64,000 nt of DNA, from NCBI GenBank assembly GCA_964016885.1, contig OZ024741.1, positions 376,836,001 to 376,900,000 of the forward strand, in the 5' to 3' direction. The DNA comes from Eledone cirrhosa. Taxonomy: Eukaryota. A program made the translations under genes and the position numbers. How positions within the stretch are numbered: position 1 is the stretch's first letter; every line of letters begins with the position of its first letter. The notes under the pieces are model-generated. The model was not told the origin of the DNA. It ran no database searches and saw only the letters and a program-made list of their open reading frames with translations. Below, piece by piece: positions 42,149 through 55,163 of the stretch.

Positions 42149-42378
42149 TTGAATTAGTATGGTATAGACAAGTACATATGTTGTTTAGGTGTATGATATT
42201 GCCAATACTCTGATATGCCCAGTACCTAGTTGGGTTGTTAATTCACTGGGGAACTGGAGTCATATGACTCCAGTTCCCCAGTGAATTAACAACCCAACAA
42301 GGAACTGGGCATATCAGAGTATTGGCAATATCATACACCTAAACAACATATGTACTTGTCTATACCATACTAATTCAA

Positions 42379-42433
42379 ACTGCCTGAAGAGGTCACAGCC
42401 AAAGATGGCTGTCACTGAAATATATATAGCAGT
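42379..42433 (+). ncRNA. Minimal type I hammerhead ribozyme
   Basis: Same motif on the plus strand, followed immediately by AATAAA. Confidence 0.88.
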
Positions 42434-42482
42434 AATAAACGAAGCTAAATTTTAATCATTTGACTTTTATTTAACTTTATAT

Positions 42483-42606
<124 letters not shown>

Positions 42607-42623
42607 GTGGTTACACAACATTT

Positions 42624-43021
42624 CATGCACACATAGATATATGTACGTATGGATTCACCGAATGCTCGGTGTGTTTGTAAACAAACATCCCGAATTAAGC
42701 CGTACAGTGTCTAACAACCATCGTTGCTCATTTGTTCAACACTGTCAAAGGAACGCTGTACTAGTTTCAAGCTTATTAGCTATCGTCAGCAAAGTATCCC
42801 TTCCTTCCAGATGGTTGAACGTCTGAAAGTATATACTTTCCTTATGCATATTAACGGCTGAGCAGCCTAATTTGCATATCGAGTGAGTTAATCGGCCGGG
42901 GTACCGAAAACGATAAACGGAAAAATGAAACGAAATTTCATTGCTCACTCTTAGTACGGCTGTTACTTAAATATAAATATGTATACGTACATGCATATAT
43001 GTATACAGACGTACAGTAGCA

Positions 43022-43087
<66 letters not shown>

Positions 43088-43130
43088 TACATGCACACAT
43101 ATATATATATGTACGTATGCATTCACCAAC
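42624..43130 (-). mobile_element. Diverged about 1.1-unit copy of retrozyme family A, differently permuted
   Basis: Homologous to the array A unit. Terminal direct repeat catgcacacata..gtacgtatg.attcacc at 42624-42660 and 43090-43127. Confidence 0.85.
42753..42795 (-). ncRNA. Type I hammerhead ribozyme (family A variant)
   Basis: ACTTTG-CTGACGA-TAGCT(AATA)AGCTT-GAAA-CTAG-TA-CAGCGT. Confidence 0.85.
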
Positions 43131-43134
43131 ATTT

Positions 43135-45075
43135 ATTATAAGGTAGGGCCCTTAACTTTGCTAGCTTACACACCGACCTTACATCCGAGGAAATTAGCAT
43201 TATTCTCCTAGCCAGGAAAACCTTAATTGAACTCAACGGGGACCTGTGGACCAGGAATGATTGGCCAGACAATTTCGACATCACCATCGGATCCTCGGAC
43301 TCGGCCCAGGTGACGTTTCTGGTGGGCCTTTACCTCCTTGACTGTCTTGGAGCAGAAATGCCCCACTTGGGAAGCGGCGCTTACCGTGACGACGTCTTGT
43401 TTACTGTGTTGTTCCATAATACTAGTATGATAGAGAGATTGAGGAAAAAACTTAGCAAATTCTTCAAGAACATAGACCTAAGTATAGTATTTGAAGAGAA
43501 TTTAAAGATAGTTAATTTTCTAGATGTTACACTTAACCTTAATTCAGGACTCCTCCAACCTTACAACAAACCCAACGAGAATCTAAACTATGTCATCGCG
43601 AAATCGAACCACCCTAGAATAGTCACTAACCGTATTACCAAAAGCGTTTCTAGTAGAATTACAGGACTATCTTCCAATGATAGATACCTTTAATAAGATC
43701 TCGAATTACTATAATAGTGCCCTGGAACGCGCGGGGCACAGCGAGGGGATCTCATTCAAACGTCCATTAAATAGTAGAAGCAAGATTACCTGCGATAGCT
43801 TAGGCCTAAATAGTGACACTCTAGTTAACAGCGGGCGTGATACGAGGGAGGATTTATATAGTCTTCATGGTGTACTTCCGCCTACTCCCAATGCTGTTGG
43901 TACCAATAGAAACAACCACCCAGGTACTAACACTGGGTCTGAGCAACGTAACGCCAGCGGAAACTCTAATGGTAACCTTAATTGTGGAACCGATAAAACT
44001 ACCGTTGAACGCAGTATGGAACGAGGGTCGAGTAAGGGAAATAGGGACAGGTGTAGCAGACGCATAGTGGATACAACCCCGGCTATCGAGGGTAATCCCA
44101 ATGGCCGCACGGTGGGTACACCGCCCTGGAGACTTGGGACGATTCCGAACACAATCGTGAAACTCCAAGACACCATCGACTCACAGGCAATTTCCAGTTA
44201 CAATAGACCAGTAACTACTAGGGAGACAGGTAATTCTAATATAGTTAGTAGGAACAGGAGGCATCGAACCAGAAAAGTCCTGTGGTATAATCCCCCTTAC
44301 TCCACTGGCCTGACCACTATTATAGCTAAGCTTTTCTTTAGGGCCTTAGACAAATGCTTCCCTAGATCGCACCGATATTATAAAATATTCAATAGAAATA
44401 CCATCAAGCTGTCCTACTCCACAACTTGTAACATAGCTCAGAATATAGCTAAGATGAATTATAGTAGACTTAGGACAGCCCATGAGGGAATTAGGCATGG
44501 CAGGAACAATGGCAGCTCTATTGGGGTACTGACTCAAACACGTGAGGCGAGTCGGGTGTCCCCAACCCCAGGGAATTTACCTATAGAGCAGACTGGAACT
44601 GAGACCCGACCCCAAATGTACCGTGGTCCATCTGGAACTACCAGGTCGATAGCAAAAAATGTAACTGCAGAAGCATCGCCACCTGCCCCATGGCTGGGAA
44701 ATGCCTTACCAAAAACATAGTCTACGACTGTAAGGTCTCCACTCTTGATAGAACCTTTAGGTATGTTGGGGCAACTGCCACGGAAATTAAGGATAGATGG
44801 TATAATCACCGCCATATCTTTAATAGATTAGATAAAAAAATAGCACGGCACTTTCGGAATTAGTCTGGAAGCTTAAACATCAGAATATAGAGCACTCCTT
44901 ATCCTGGTACATAGTTTGCTCAGCCCAACCTTATAACGGCAGCACTGGCGTCTGCAATTTATGTATAGCTGAAACTTTTAATATTATTAGAGGCGGCCCC
45001 CTATTAATTAATAGGAGAGCAGATTTTTTCAGCAACTGCCAACATAGAGCATCGAAAATCTTCCGCTGGATTTTT
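43135..45075 (+). pseudogene. 5'-truncated PLE (Hydra-clade-like) RT + GIY-YIG, frameshifted
   Basis: FDITIGSSDSAQVT, GAYRDDVL, VNFLDVTLNL, SNHPR, LWYNPPYS, FNRNTIKLSYST, then out-of-frame CNCRSIATCPMAGKC..YVG and CNLCIAE. Confidence 0.88.
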
Positions 45076-46431
45076 GGAAGGTAACCTACCACTAACTCCT
45101 CCCTCTTTACTTTAGCCATATAGTTCTCTCAATAAACAGTCACACACCTAGGTAGTTAGACGGCTAAGATTGTTTGCGCACTTACAAACGATACTCGGCC
45201 TGTTTCCATTAAGTTCTCACAGCTGAGTGCTCTTTTTTAGATTACCTAGCTAGTAAATAGTTAGATTGATTACACACTTAATTAGGACCGATTACGCCCT
45301 CTATACATAACTATACACATAGTACGCGTTTCCTTTAGACTTTGAGCTCCCACAATTACGACTGTCACGTTCCTACCGACTGAACACTACCCAGGTTTTG
45401 ATCCGCGATCATCTAACCATGGAGGGCTCACTTTTACGGATTGAACAATAATACTGACACACCATTAATGGGCCTACACACATCCTTTGGATTTTACTAT
45501 CCTGTGTTTTTTTTGCTTCACCTTCTGTGTTGGATAACACACCCCCACCACTCAAACAACTATTTTAAAAGCTCACTGGCCCATATGAAGGGAAATCGCA
45601 CATGCGGACAGATTTACGCAATACCCAACACTACACGGAGCCCTTTGCAGGCCTACATTGCGGTTGCTTGCACGCACGGATTGGGCAACTCCGATTCTCA
45701 ATGGGACAGCGGCACACAAGGAGTTCGACATGAGGTGATTGCTTGCTCTTCACATGGATGTATAATACCCGGACATACCCTTTTTTGGACGATTCGGATG
45801 TGTATATAACATAACATCCACTTGTAGACATGGATGTTACAATTCGATCTATACAAGTATAGTAGAACACTGAACTGAACTTACTTGATCGCGTGCGTGC
45901 GTGCGTGTGGGTGGGTTAACACAATATTTACAATTTACATCGTCAAATTGAGATTTGACCAATATAGCTTCTGTTGCTTTGTGAACTAACTTTCAGTGAG
46001 TGCTGTGTTGGTACATTCTTATATTTGTTTCATTATATTTGTTTCCTTATATTTGTCTATTCTCGGACATCGATTCGGTGTGTGTGAAAGTGTGTGTGTA
46101 CCCAAACCAAACTAACTCTACAGGTTTAATACTGTGTTGATGTGTATATGTATATGTATATATTTTTCTTTGACCTCGAGCCGGTGTATGTGTGTGCGGA
46201 ATGTGTGTGTACCTACTCACATTAACTGTGACTGACCGTATCCCTACAGATTTGATTGATGTCCAGCGTCTTTTGCAGCGATAGAAATCTGAAAACTTTT
46301 ATGACCTCAACTGAAGCTAATAGCAGTCGCCTTGTTTCTGACTGGTGTGTCTCCATATGAGGGAATGAATTCTGCGAGAGAACATCGTTATTTTTTCTCC
46401 CTCATATCAAGAATTTGAAGACAATTCCTTT

Positions 46432-46505
46432 TCACCTGATGAGATCGGTGATAATCGATCAAGGCTTCACAATCGATCTATATCTTATTGAAACATGCGT
46501 CGTGA
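46432..46505 (+). ncRNA. Probable hammerhead ribozyme with irregular stem II
   Basis: TCAC-CTGATGA-GATCGGT(GATA)ATCGATC..-GAAA-CATGCG-TC-GTGA, then ATTAAA. Confidence 0.5.
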
Positions 46506-46691
46506 TTAAATGATTGGAATTTTACCTTGCCTTCGGATTTTCATTTTGATACTTATACTCCGTTTTACATCATCTAGGTGTTCCCTTGAATGGAATTGGC
46601 GATATACAAAAGCGTGGAGAACTTAATATTGCTAACATAAAGTAATTGGACCATTTTACCTAACCAATAATGCACCTTCCTTTATAACAAC

Positions 46692-46740
<49 letters not shown>

Positions 46741-48246
46741 GTGTGTGTGCGTGCGTGTGTGTATAGGGGGTATGTTTGGGTGTATGTATGTTTGTGTGCC
46801 AGTACTTCACCACCCATGTTTGCGACAAGTACGGCTCCTGTTGTAACGACGGAACAGAATTCTAGTAGATTTATCGTGTAAGGGATTGTCGACTGTGTTT
46901 TCCGTGACATTCGCTAGAGTTCTCTGTGTCCTCCTTGAAGTTGTATTTTAGTGGTTACGACTATTGTCCTTACATTTGATACTGCTGACGCTACCACAGT
47001 GTATGCTGTTGTCCGAGTTACTTGTTCGACATACACTCCTAACACTATATACAACCCCATCCACTACAACCCCACTATTAACACAGTTAGTAAACGTACT
47101 CTCTATCATGTATATATCTATATAGATCTGTTAGATTCCTAGAACTCTAGAGAGGAAAATGGTTATATTTTAAGGAGATGGATGCAAGTGTCGGGTCGAG
47201 TGCACGTATGGAAACATCGAATTAATCATCTGCGTAACTCATGTTATGTCTGATAAGAATAAATGTGTCAACTTGAAACCTCCATCGTTTTCACTTAATG
47301 TAAATACCGCCTCGGGTCGTGTTTCACTCATGGACTCAAATCCCCCCAATTTCTTTAATACCCCGTCCATTGTCACACAAGCGCTTTCACATTCACCCCT
47401 AGATTTCTATGGATTTCTTATGGTCTGAAACATATACTCTTACAGCTAATGCATACCAACAAAATACGTACACTCCTCTTTTCCCTTCACAGCATTGTAT
47501 ATACACACACACACACAGCCTTATATTAATATAATTTTGTTCATTGCTTCATGCTTACAAGCACACACACACACAATCGTTTACTTACATATATATACAC
47601 ATATCTAAACATATATCATACAGAAAACGCCAATATCAACTGTTTTCAAATATTTAAAATATTTAAAACGTGCCCACATACAAGAACTCACCTCCTTTCT
47701 CGGTATCAAGACACCATTTTGGACACTTGCCCTCGTTGAACACTCTCTCCTATTCAACACTTATCATATATTACACCTTGAACACTCTCTCTTATTTAAA
47801 CACTATGGACCTTTATGACACATTCAACACTTTTATTAAGCCCTTATTTTATATTACACCTATTTTATTCATTTCTTCTTTTCCCTTACTTTTACCTTAA
47901 ACAATCTCTCTTACTTTCCATTTTCAACACTTATTTTATTTTACTTTATTTTATACTTATTTTACATATTATTCACTTTTTGACTTCATCTTTTCCTGAA
48001 CATTCTCTCTTCTCTTACAACACTGGACTTTATCACATACTTTCAACAACAAAATATTTTTACAACTCCGTTCTATACATAGAACACTCGTCTTTGCTTT
48101 GCATTTATCACATTCTTTCAAAAACAAAATATATTTATATATATATATATTTAATGCTCTGTTCTATACATAGAGCACTAGTTTTTTCCTTTGCTTTCTC
48201 TTCGGAATCACTTTTTTATATATTTTATGTATGTATATATATATAC

Positions 48247-48364
<118 letters not shown>

Positions 48365-48469
48365 GTGTGTGTGTGTATGTGTGTGTAAGTGTGTGCATAT
48401 ATATATAGAAGTAGAACTCTGAAAGGTAATATCCGTAGTGGTAGGGCACTCAGTCCATGGGACGAGTTA

Positions 48470-48582
48470 GGTAGAAGTGGTAACACAAAAGTTAGTTCAC
48501 CATAGCGGATCTTCAGCTCGTACGAGCTGAAGATCCGCTAATTGTCCGGTATGTTGAACTAAACCTTGTGTTACCACTTCTC

Positions 48583-48583
<1 letters not shown>
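48470..48583. repeat. Small foldback with a 38 bp perfect palindrome containing CTGAAGA on both strands
   Basis: TAGCGGATCTTCAGCTCG-TA-CGAGCTGAAGATCCGCTA; outer agaagtggtaacacaa / ttgtgttaccacttct. Confidence 0.8.
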
Positions 48584-48631
<48 letters not shown>

Positions 48632-48748
48632 TCTTTTACTCTTTTACCTGTTTCAGCCATCCGGCTGAGGCCATGCTGGGGCACCGCATATATATATATA
48701 TGTGTGTGTGTGTGTATCATTTCGATAATATATATATATATATATATA

Positions 48749-48810
<62 letters not shown>

Positions 48811-48814
<4 letters not shown>

Positions 48815-49748
48815 GATATTAAACAGATGGAAACTATATTTATAAAACCATATTTATTTCATTATACATATTTCAGGGATACCATATTAAAAATATGGCA
48901 TGCCTTCGTCAGATAAAATACAATATATAAACAGGTTTATAAATAATTTTGACGTACCCTATTATAAGCGACCATTATATTAGGAAGCTGTCTGGATAGT
49001 GATTTGTTTATAATTATTTAGTTATAGTGTTAAGCACAGTTAGAAATAAGACGGAGAGAAGGAAAAAAACGGAGGCAAAGAAAAAACAGAGAGAGAAAGG
49101 GGAGAGGAAAAGAAGAAGATATATATAAATAGATAGGAGGAAGTGAAAAAGAAACAAGAAATAAATAAATGAGGCAAACGAAAGCAACAGAGAGATAATA
49201 ATTCACCATACATATAGAGAAACTCAAGAGAGAGGAAGTACTATATAGAGACAGAAGGATAATAATTATTTAGTTATAGTGTTAAGCACAGTTAGAAAAA
49301 AGACGGAGAGAAAAACGGAGAGAAAAAATGGAGAGAGAGAGGGGAGAGGAAAAGAAGGAGAGAGATAAAATATAAATAGATAGGAGGAAGTGCAAAAGAA
49401 ACAAGAAAGAAATAAGAGAGGCAAATGAAAGCAACAGAGAGATAATAATTCATCATACATATAGAGAAACTCAAGAGAGAGGAGGTATTATATACAGAGA
49501 GAAGGATACAGTTACATCTTTACGTCATGTCATATCAAGTTGAATTATCAATTCATATGAAATGGATAATAAAAATGCAAATATCAATATTCATGAATGA
49601 GACATAGATATATAATATGAGAAAATAACATTGTTCAATAATGAACATATGTTTAGTTTAAAACTCTGAAGTCAATATACCTGAAATATGTATAATGAAA
49701 TAAATATTGTTTTATAAATATAGTTTCCATTTGTTTAATATCGTATAT
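48811..49748. mobile_element. pLTR-type insertion: about 70 bp inverted ends, internal about 250 bp tandem duplication, HHR in the left arm
   Basis: 48811-48882 mirrors 49674-49748. 49010-49260 is repeated at 49262-49510. Confidence 0.78.
48855..48920 (-). ncRNA. Minimal type I hammerhead ribozyme
   Basis: TATTTTAT-CTGACGA-AGGCATGCCATATT(TTT)AATATGGTATCCCT-GAAA-TATGTA-TA-ATGAAATA. Confidence 0.85.
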
Positions 49749-49829
49749 CTACTCCAAAAACTTGTCGAGTGCTTTATATCAGTTATAAAATATTTACTTG
49801 TTGTAACCCAACAATTTTAAATAAAACTT

Positions 49830-49860
<31 letters not shown>

Positions 49861-50403
49861 CACGCACATATAAATTAGGGAGAATCGTATTTCGGGTTAG
49901 GAATTAACGAAAAACAACTTCCGAGATGTGTGGCAAGCGTCGATGATTCAGAATGAATCAAAGCTACAACAAACGTTAAAGGCCAAACACACTGAGATCA
50001 TGTGTATGTTTGCATGCTGCAAGCAGTTTATACTTCCACAGGACACATACATGCATGTATCTATTTGTAGTTTTGCGTATGTGATTGTATTTATGTATAA
50101 ATCTATGTATGTGGCATCTCCGTAACATTTCGAATATATATATATATATATATGAGTGTGTGTGTGTGTGTTCCTATATGCATCTTCTTGCAGACTACTG
50201 TGTCTATACACTTGTGCCTGTGCTATATATACATATATATGTATATATACATGTATATGTATATAATATATGTGAGTGTGTATATGTATTTGTATATGTA
50301 TTTGTATATGTCTCTATGTATGTCTGTATATGTCTTATATATGAGTGTGTGTATCTGTATATATATGCGTATGCATGTGTGTATGTCCTTGTACATGTAT
50401 GTT

Positions 50404-50442
<39 letters not shown>

Positions 50443-50599
50443 GATTTAATGCTCTGAAATAGCGATATATATGTGAAGACAAACATAGAATATTCGAAAA
50501 TATTCTGTATGTTTATAATAAACATTTTGAAGACCCAATCGCTATAGAATAGAATACGTCACGTATTACAATTTGAGATTCTCGATAAAAGCAAGGGAA

Positions 50600-50642
50600 G
50601 TAACCTACGCGTTTCATTCTTATTAGAAATGATCAGGATTAC
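50600..50642 (-). ncRNA. Hammerhead (array B), G8C core mutant, probably inactive
   Basis: Core reads CTGATCA. Confidence 0.75.
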
Positions 50643-50906
50643 ATATCCAATGCTTTTATCGAGAACGACACAGCTAGAGACTTATAGAATACTTAGCTGT
50701 GTACAGGAACTGGTTTGAAAGAGCGGTAGCCGGTCCGGCAGAAATTAGAATTTGGATTTAATGCTCTGAAATAGCGATATATATGTGAAGACAAACATAG
50801 AATATTCGAAAATATTCTGTATGTTTATAATATTTGAAGACCCAATCGCTATAGAATAGAATACGTCACGTATTACAATTTGAGATTCTCGATAAAAGCA
50901 AGGGAA

Positions 50907-50949
50907 GTAACCTACGCGTTTCATTCTTATTAGAAATCATCAGGATTAC
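50907..50949 (-). ncRNA. Type I hammerhead ribozyme (array B)
   Basis: GTAATC-CTGATGA-T-TTCT(AATA)AGAA-T-GAAA-CGCG-TA-GGTTAC. Confidence 0.9.
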
Positions 50950-51271
50950 ATATCCAATGCTTTTATCGAGAACGACACAGCTAGATACTTATAGAATACT
51001 TAGCTGTGTACAGGAACTGGTTTGAAAGAGCGGTTGCCGGTCCGGCAGAAATTAGAATTTGGATTTAATGCGACAAATGTTTATTATAAACATACAGAAT
51101 ATTTTCGAATATTCTATGTTTGTCTTCACATATATATCGCTATTTCAGAGCATTAAATCCAAATTCTAATTTCTGCCGGACCGGCAACCGCTCTTTCAAA
51201 CCAGTTCCTGTACACAGCTAAGTATTCTATGAGTCTCTAGCTGTGTCGTTCTCGATAAAAGCATTGGATAT

Positions 51272-51314
51272 GTAATCCTGATGATTTCTAATAAGAATGA
51301 AACGCGTAGGTTAC
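51272..51314 (+). ncRNA. Type I hammerhead ribozyme (array B)
   Basis: Same motif; stem I is extended by TTCTCGATAAAAGCA/TGCTTTTATCGAGAA. Confidence 0.92.
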
Positions 51315-51583
51315 TTCCCTTGCTTTTATCGAGAATCTCAAATTGTAATACGTGACGTATTCTATTCTATAGCGATTGGGTCTTCAAAATGTTTATTATA
51401 AACATACAGAATATTTTCGAATATTCTATGTTTGTCTTCACATATATATCGCTATTTCAGAGCATTAAATCCAAATTCTAATTTCTGCCGGACCGGCCAC
51501 CGCTCTTTCAAACCAGTTCCTGTACACAGCTAAGTATTCTATAAGTCTCTAGCTGTGTCGTTCTCGATAAAAGCATTGGATAT

Positions 51584-51626
51584 GTAATCCTGATGATTTC
51601 TAATAAGAATGAAACGCGTAGGTTAC
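51584..51626 (+). ncRNA. Type I hammerhead ribozyme (array B)
   Basis: Same motif 312 bp downstream. Confidence 0.92.
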
Positions 51627-51730
51627 TTCCCTTGCTTTTTTCGAGAATCTCAAATTGTAATACGTGACGTATTCTATTCTATAGCGATTGGGTCTTCAAA
51701 ATGTTTATTATAAACATACAGAATATTTTC

Positions 51731-51795
<65 letters not shown>

Positions 51796-51828
51796 TACGC
51801 GGGTGTGTATGATTGTGTATAGAAGATT

Positions 51829-52230
51829 ATATTAATAAAAGGAATTCCAACTTTGTCTGATTTACTCGTTTCATTTACAATCCTTTAAAATTCTTTAAAA
51901 TTTATAATGGTATTAGAATGAAATAGTATGGTAGAATATTAAGTGTTAATTGAACAAGTACTTTCGGGCTTTCGCAATCTTCAGGATCCAATTGTGTGGT
52001 GACAGTCAAGTTTGAAAATTTTAACAGTTGAACATTGCAAACTTGACTGTCACCACATAATATAAACCTGAAGATTGCAAAAGCATAAAAGTACTTGGTC
52101 AATTAACACTTAACATTTAATATTCTACCATACTATTTCATTCTAATACCATTATACATTTTAAGGAATTTTAAAGGATCGTAAATAAAACGAGTAAATC
52201 AGACAAAGAGGGAATTCCTTTTATTAATAT
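51829..52230. mobile_element. About 400 bp foldback with decayed HHRs at 51952-51988(-) and 52064-52100(+)
   Basis: The arms mirror around about 52025. Consensus CTGAAGA-T-TGC(RAAA)GCA-T-GAAA-GTAC-TT. Confidence 0.75.
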
Positions 52231-52359
52231 ATATATATATAAAACACGAGAAGAAAGAACATGAGAAGAAAGAATGCTGCGGGGTTGCACATTTTGTGAT
52301 TTTTAAAGTGATGGAATACCAATGAAGTTTGGAAAATCACTGACGAACGACTATTTTTT

Positions 52360-52413
<54 letters not shown>

Positions 52414-52605
52414 GTATAGGATTACCCAAGATGTAGTAATGGTTAATTACTACACTGGATATGGTTGACGTACGGTGAGAGGTTGCTCTACGAGTTATGG
52501 AAGAATTGTTGAAAAAACTTAGTTCCTGATCCTTCTGTATTCCGGAGTGTATATAAAGAATGAATAATAACAGGTAGACATCATAAAAAGATAATTTATT
52601 CCGTG

Positions 52606-52717
52606 TGTTTACAAATGTTTCCACGGTGGTACTACAGCCTAGTTATGCTATGTGCAAATTTACAAGAATTTGAAGAACTCAAATATCCAATGCTGTGACC
52701 ACTGTATCCTCAGAGCA
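52606..52717 (-). ncRNA. Hammerhead ribozyme with long stem II insertion
   Basis: TGCT-CTGAGGA-TACAGTGGTCACAGC..GCTGTAGTACCACCGTG-GAAA-CATTTG-TA-AACA. Confidence 0.7.
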
Positions 52718-52832
52718 GAATGGTAAAATGTACAATGTAAATACCCTTAAGTGGGGTTGTTGGGGGAAGATAGAGTAGAAAATTAATCGCCTCCTACACA
52801 GTTGAGCAACCACACCGACACACGGCATTAAT

Positions 52833-55163
52833 ATGGAAAGGAATCATATAGGTACGTCACTTAAAAACATATCTAAACCTAACAAAATGGAATATATTCT
52901 TAGTATGATTCAACGCAATAACGACTTCATTCGGCGTGTTCGATGGAAAGCTTTCCATTTCGATAAAGGACGCACCAGTCACTCGTCTGAATCATATGGT
53001 TTTAAATCATGTAAAAACCCACCCACAAACCCTAATCTCGATGCTTTTGAACAAGATTTAATGAAAACGACCATGAACATTAAGTTCAACAAACATAGAA
53101 ATAATGAGCTGCAGAGCAACATGAAAGCACTACTCCGAAAATTGCAAAATAGCAATGGAATTGTTGTGAAAGCTGACAAGACCTCTAACGTGTATACGAT
53201 GGATATCGATACGTACAATAACTTCATACGCAACTAATTTAACAAAAAATATAGAAAAACAAATGAAACTACGCTAGCAAATATTAATAACGAGGCATAT
53301 AAAGTGGTGAAGAATCTCAAGATAGACGATAGAACCAAGCCGATTATACCTGCTACCCCCACCTTCAACCTCAAGGACCATAAGGTAAATTTTGACTCTA
53401 ACCCTAAGATTAGACTTATATGCCCTTCTAAATCAGACATAGGAAAAATTAGCAAACATATACTTGACAGAGTAATAACTCAAGTGAAAAAGAAAATTGA
53501 AATTAAATTATGGGGCAACACTAGCGAAGCATTTCGCTGGTTTAATAACGTTAAGAATAAGAATAAATCTAAGTTTATACAATTTGACATAGACGAATAC
53601 GAATCTTCCATCTCACCAAGCACTTTACGTAAGGCCCTATCGTTTGCTAGGGTCAATTCCGACCTAACGGAGGACGAAATTAATATTATTCTCGAGGCTA
53701 GAAAAACCATTATTAAGTTTGATAACTGCTACTGGGAACGTAAGGACAGACCCACAAATTTCGACATTACCATGGGTTCCAACGACTCAGCGGAGGTCAC
53801 GGATCTCGTGGGAATTTACATATCCCACATATTACATAGTAAATTTAGTAATCTACAGGTGGGGATATACAGAGATGACGGGCTCTTATTAGTTAATAAC
53901 TTGAATAATCAAAATCTTGAAAGGCTACGGAAAAATATTAGAAAATCTTTTAGTGAACTGTGTCTAAAAATAACATACGAATACAATCTTAAAGTAGTAA
54001 ACTTTCTGGACGTAACTCTTAATTTAAATACCACCGGACAGATACGACCCTTCCACAATATGAATCAGAACCTTACGTATATTAACTTTAACTCAAACCA
54101 CCCACTCTCCATGATCAAATCAGTTCCCCGGAGTATTTCTCTTAGAATCTCTCGCCTATCGTCTAACTCTGATATTTGTAGTGAACACGCTGAATACTAC
54201 AATAATGCATTAAGGAAGGCCGACCACCGGGATACAATAGAATACATTGATAGGAATTTCCATAACACACATAGCTCTACACGAAATCAAGGAATGCGTA
54301 ACCGGGGGACTAAAATACAAGCGCACACACACAGTACTACCAGACATACTAATAATAGAAAATCACCACTAAATAAATCACGTTGTAGAAAGTATATCTG
54401 GTACAATCCTATTTTTAATGCCTCGATTAGTACAAACATATCTCTTTCATTCTTTAAGTTAATCAACAAACATTTCCCTAGTTCCCATAAATACAGCAAC
54501 ATTCTGAACTCTAAAACTATTAGACTATCCTACTCCACGGCACCAAACCTTGAAGCATACATGAAAAAAATTAACTTAAGGCAATTAAACAACTCTACAA
54601 AACAAAACATTTTATTAACAGATGGGCAGAACGTAATATCTGCCTCCCAACCACTAAATGGGAGACGGGTATTACACAATCCACCTGTACCGCTATCACA
54701 ACCTATCCATGGTATACCCGCTACCCACAACAAAGAATGTAACTGCCATGTACCTGAAAGATGTCCATTGAAGAATGAATGCCTAAAGTCCAACATTGTT
54801 TACCAATGCACGGTTGAATCGAACGAACAGAAATGGTATTATATCGGATCTACCACCACCTCGTTTAAATCTCGCTGGTACCGTCATCGATTCTCAATCA
54901 AACATCCTAATCACCGTTTTGTGACCACGCTCGCCAACAAGACCTGGCAACTCCGTGAACGCAACCAACAGTTCATCTTAAAATGGGATATACTTTCCAG
55001 CGCAAGTGCATATCGGAGTGGATTGGAATACTGCAGGTTATGTAACCTTGAACTCTTTTACATATTAAAATCCCCAAACAAACTACTTAACGATAGAATT
55101 GAACGATCAATATACTGCAACCACAAATTAAAAGCTAAATTCTCTCACTATAAAATAACATAA
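52833..55163 (+). pseudogene. PLE polyprotein (RT + GIY-YIG), about 776 codons with a single in-frame TAA at 53235-53237
   Basis: ORFs 52833-53237 and 53304-55163 share a frame. Motifs SLKNI, RRVRWKAFHF, KADKTSN, FIQFDI, ITMGSNDSAEVTDLVG, IYRDDGL, CNCHVPERC, IVYQC..YYIGST, CRLC..CNH. Confidence 0.94.

Larger units (their letters stand above)
42047..42480. mobile_element. 434 bp spacer-less DNA palindrome carrying one HHR per arm
   Basis: Centre CATATG at 42261-42266; two mismatches seen between arms. The left arm extends to about 41948 and matches 61005-61322. Confidence 0.92.
50439..51736. mobile_element. Retrozyme-like array B: 312 bp units, about 2 on the minus strand and about 2 on the plus strand, inverted at about 51072
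   Basis: Minus-block unit starts 50439, 50751, 51058; plus-block starts 51075, 51387, 51699. Flanked by (TA)n. Confidence 0.92.

Noticed and set aside
53235-53237. Recoded stop (selenocysteine, as in some Naiad PLEs)
   Set aside because: The codon is TAA, not TGA, and the element has a C-terminal endonuclease; a simple nonsense mutation is more likely.
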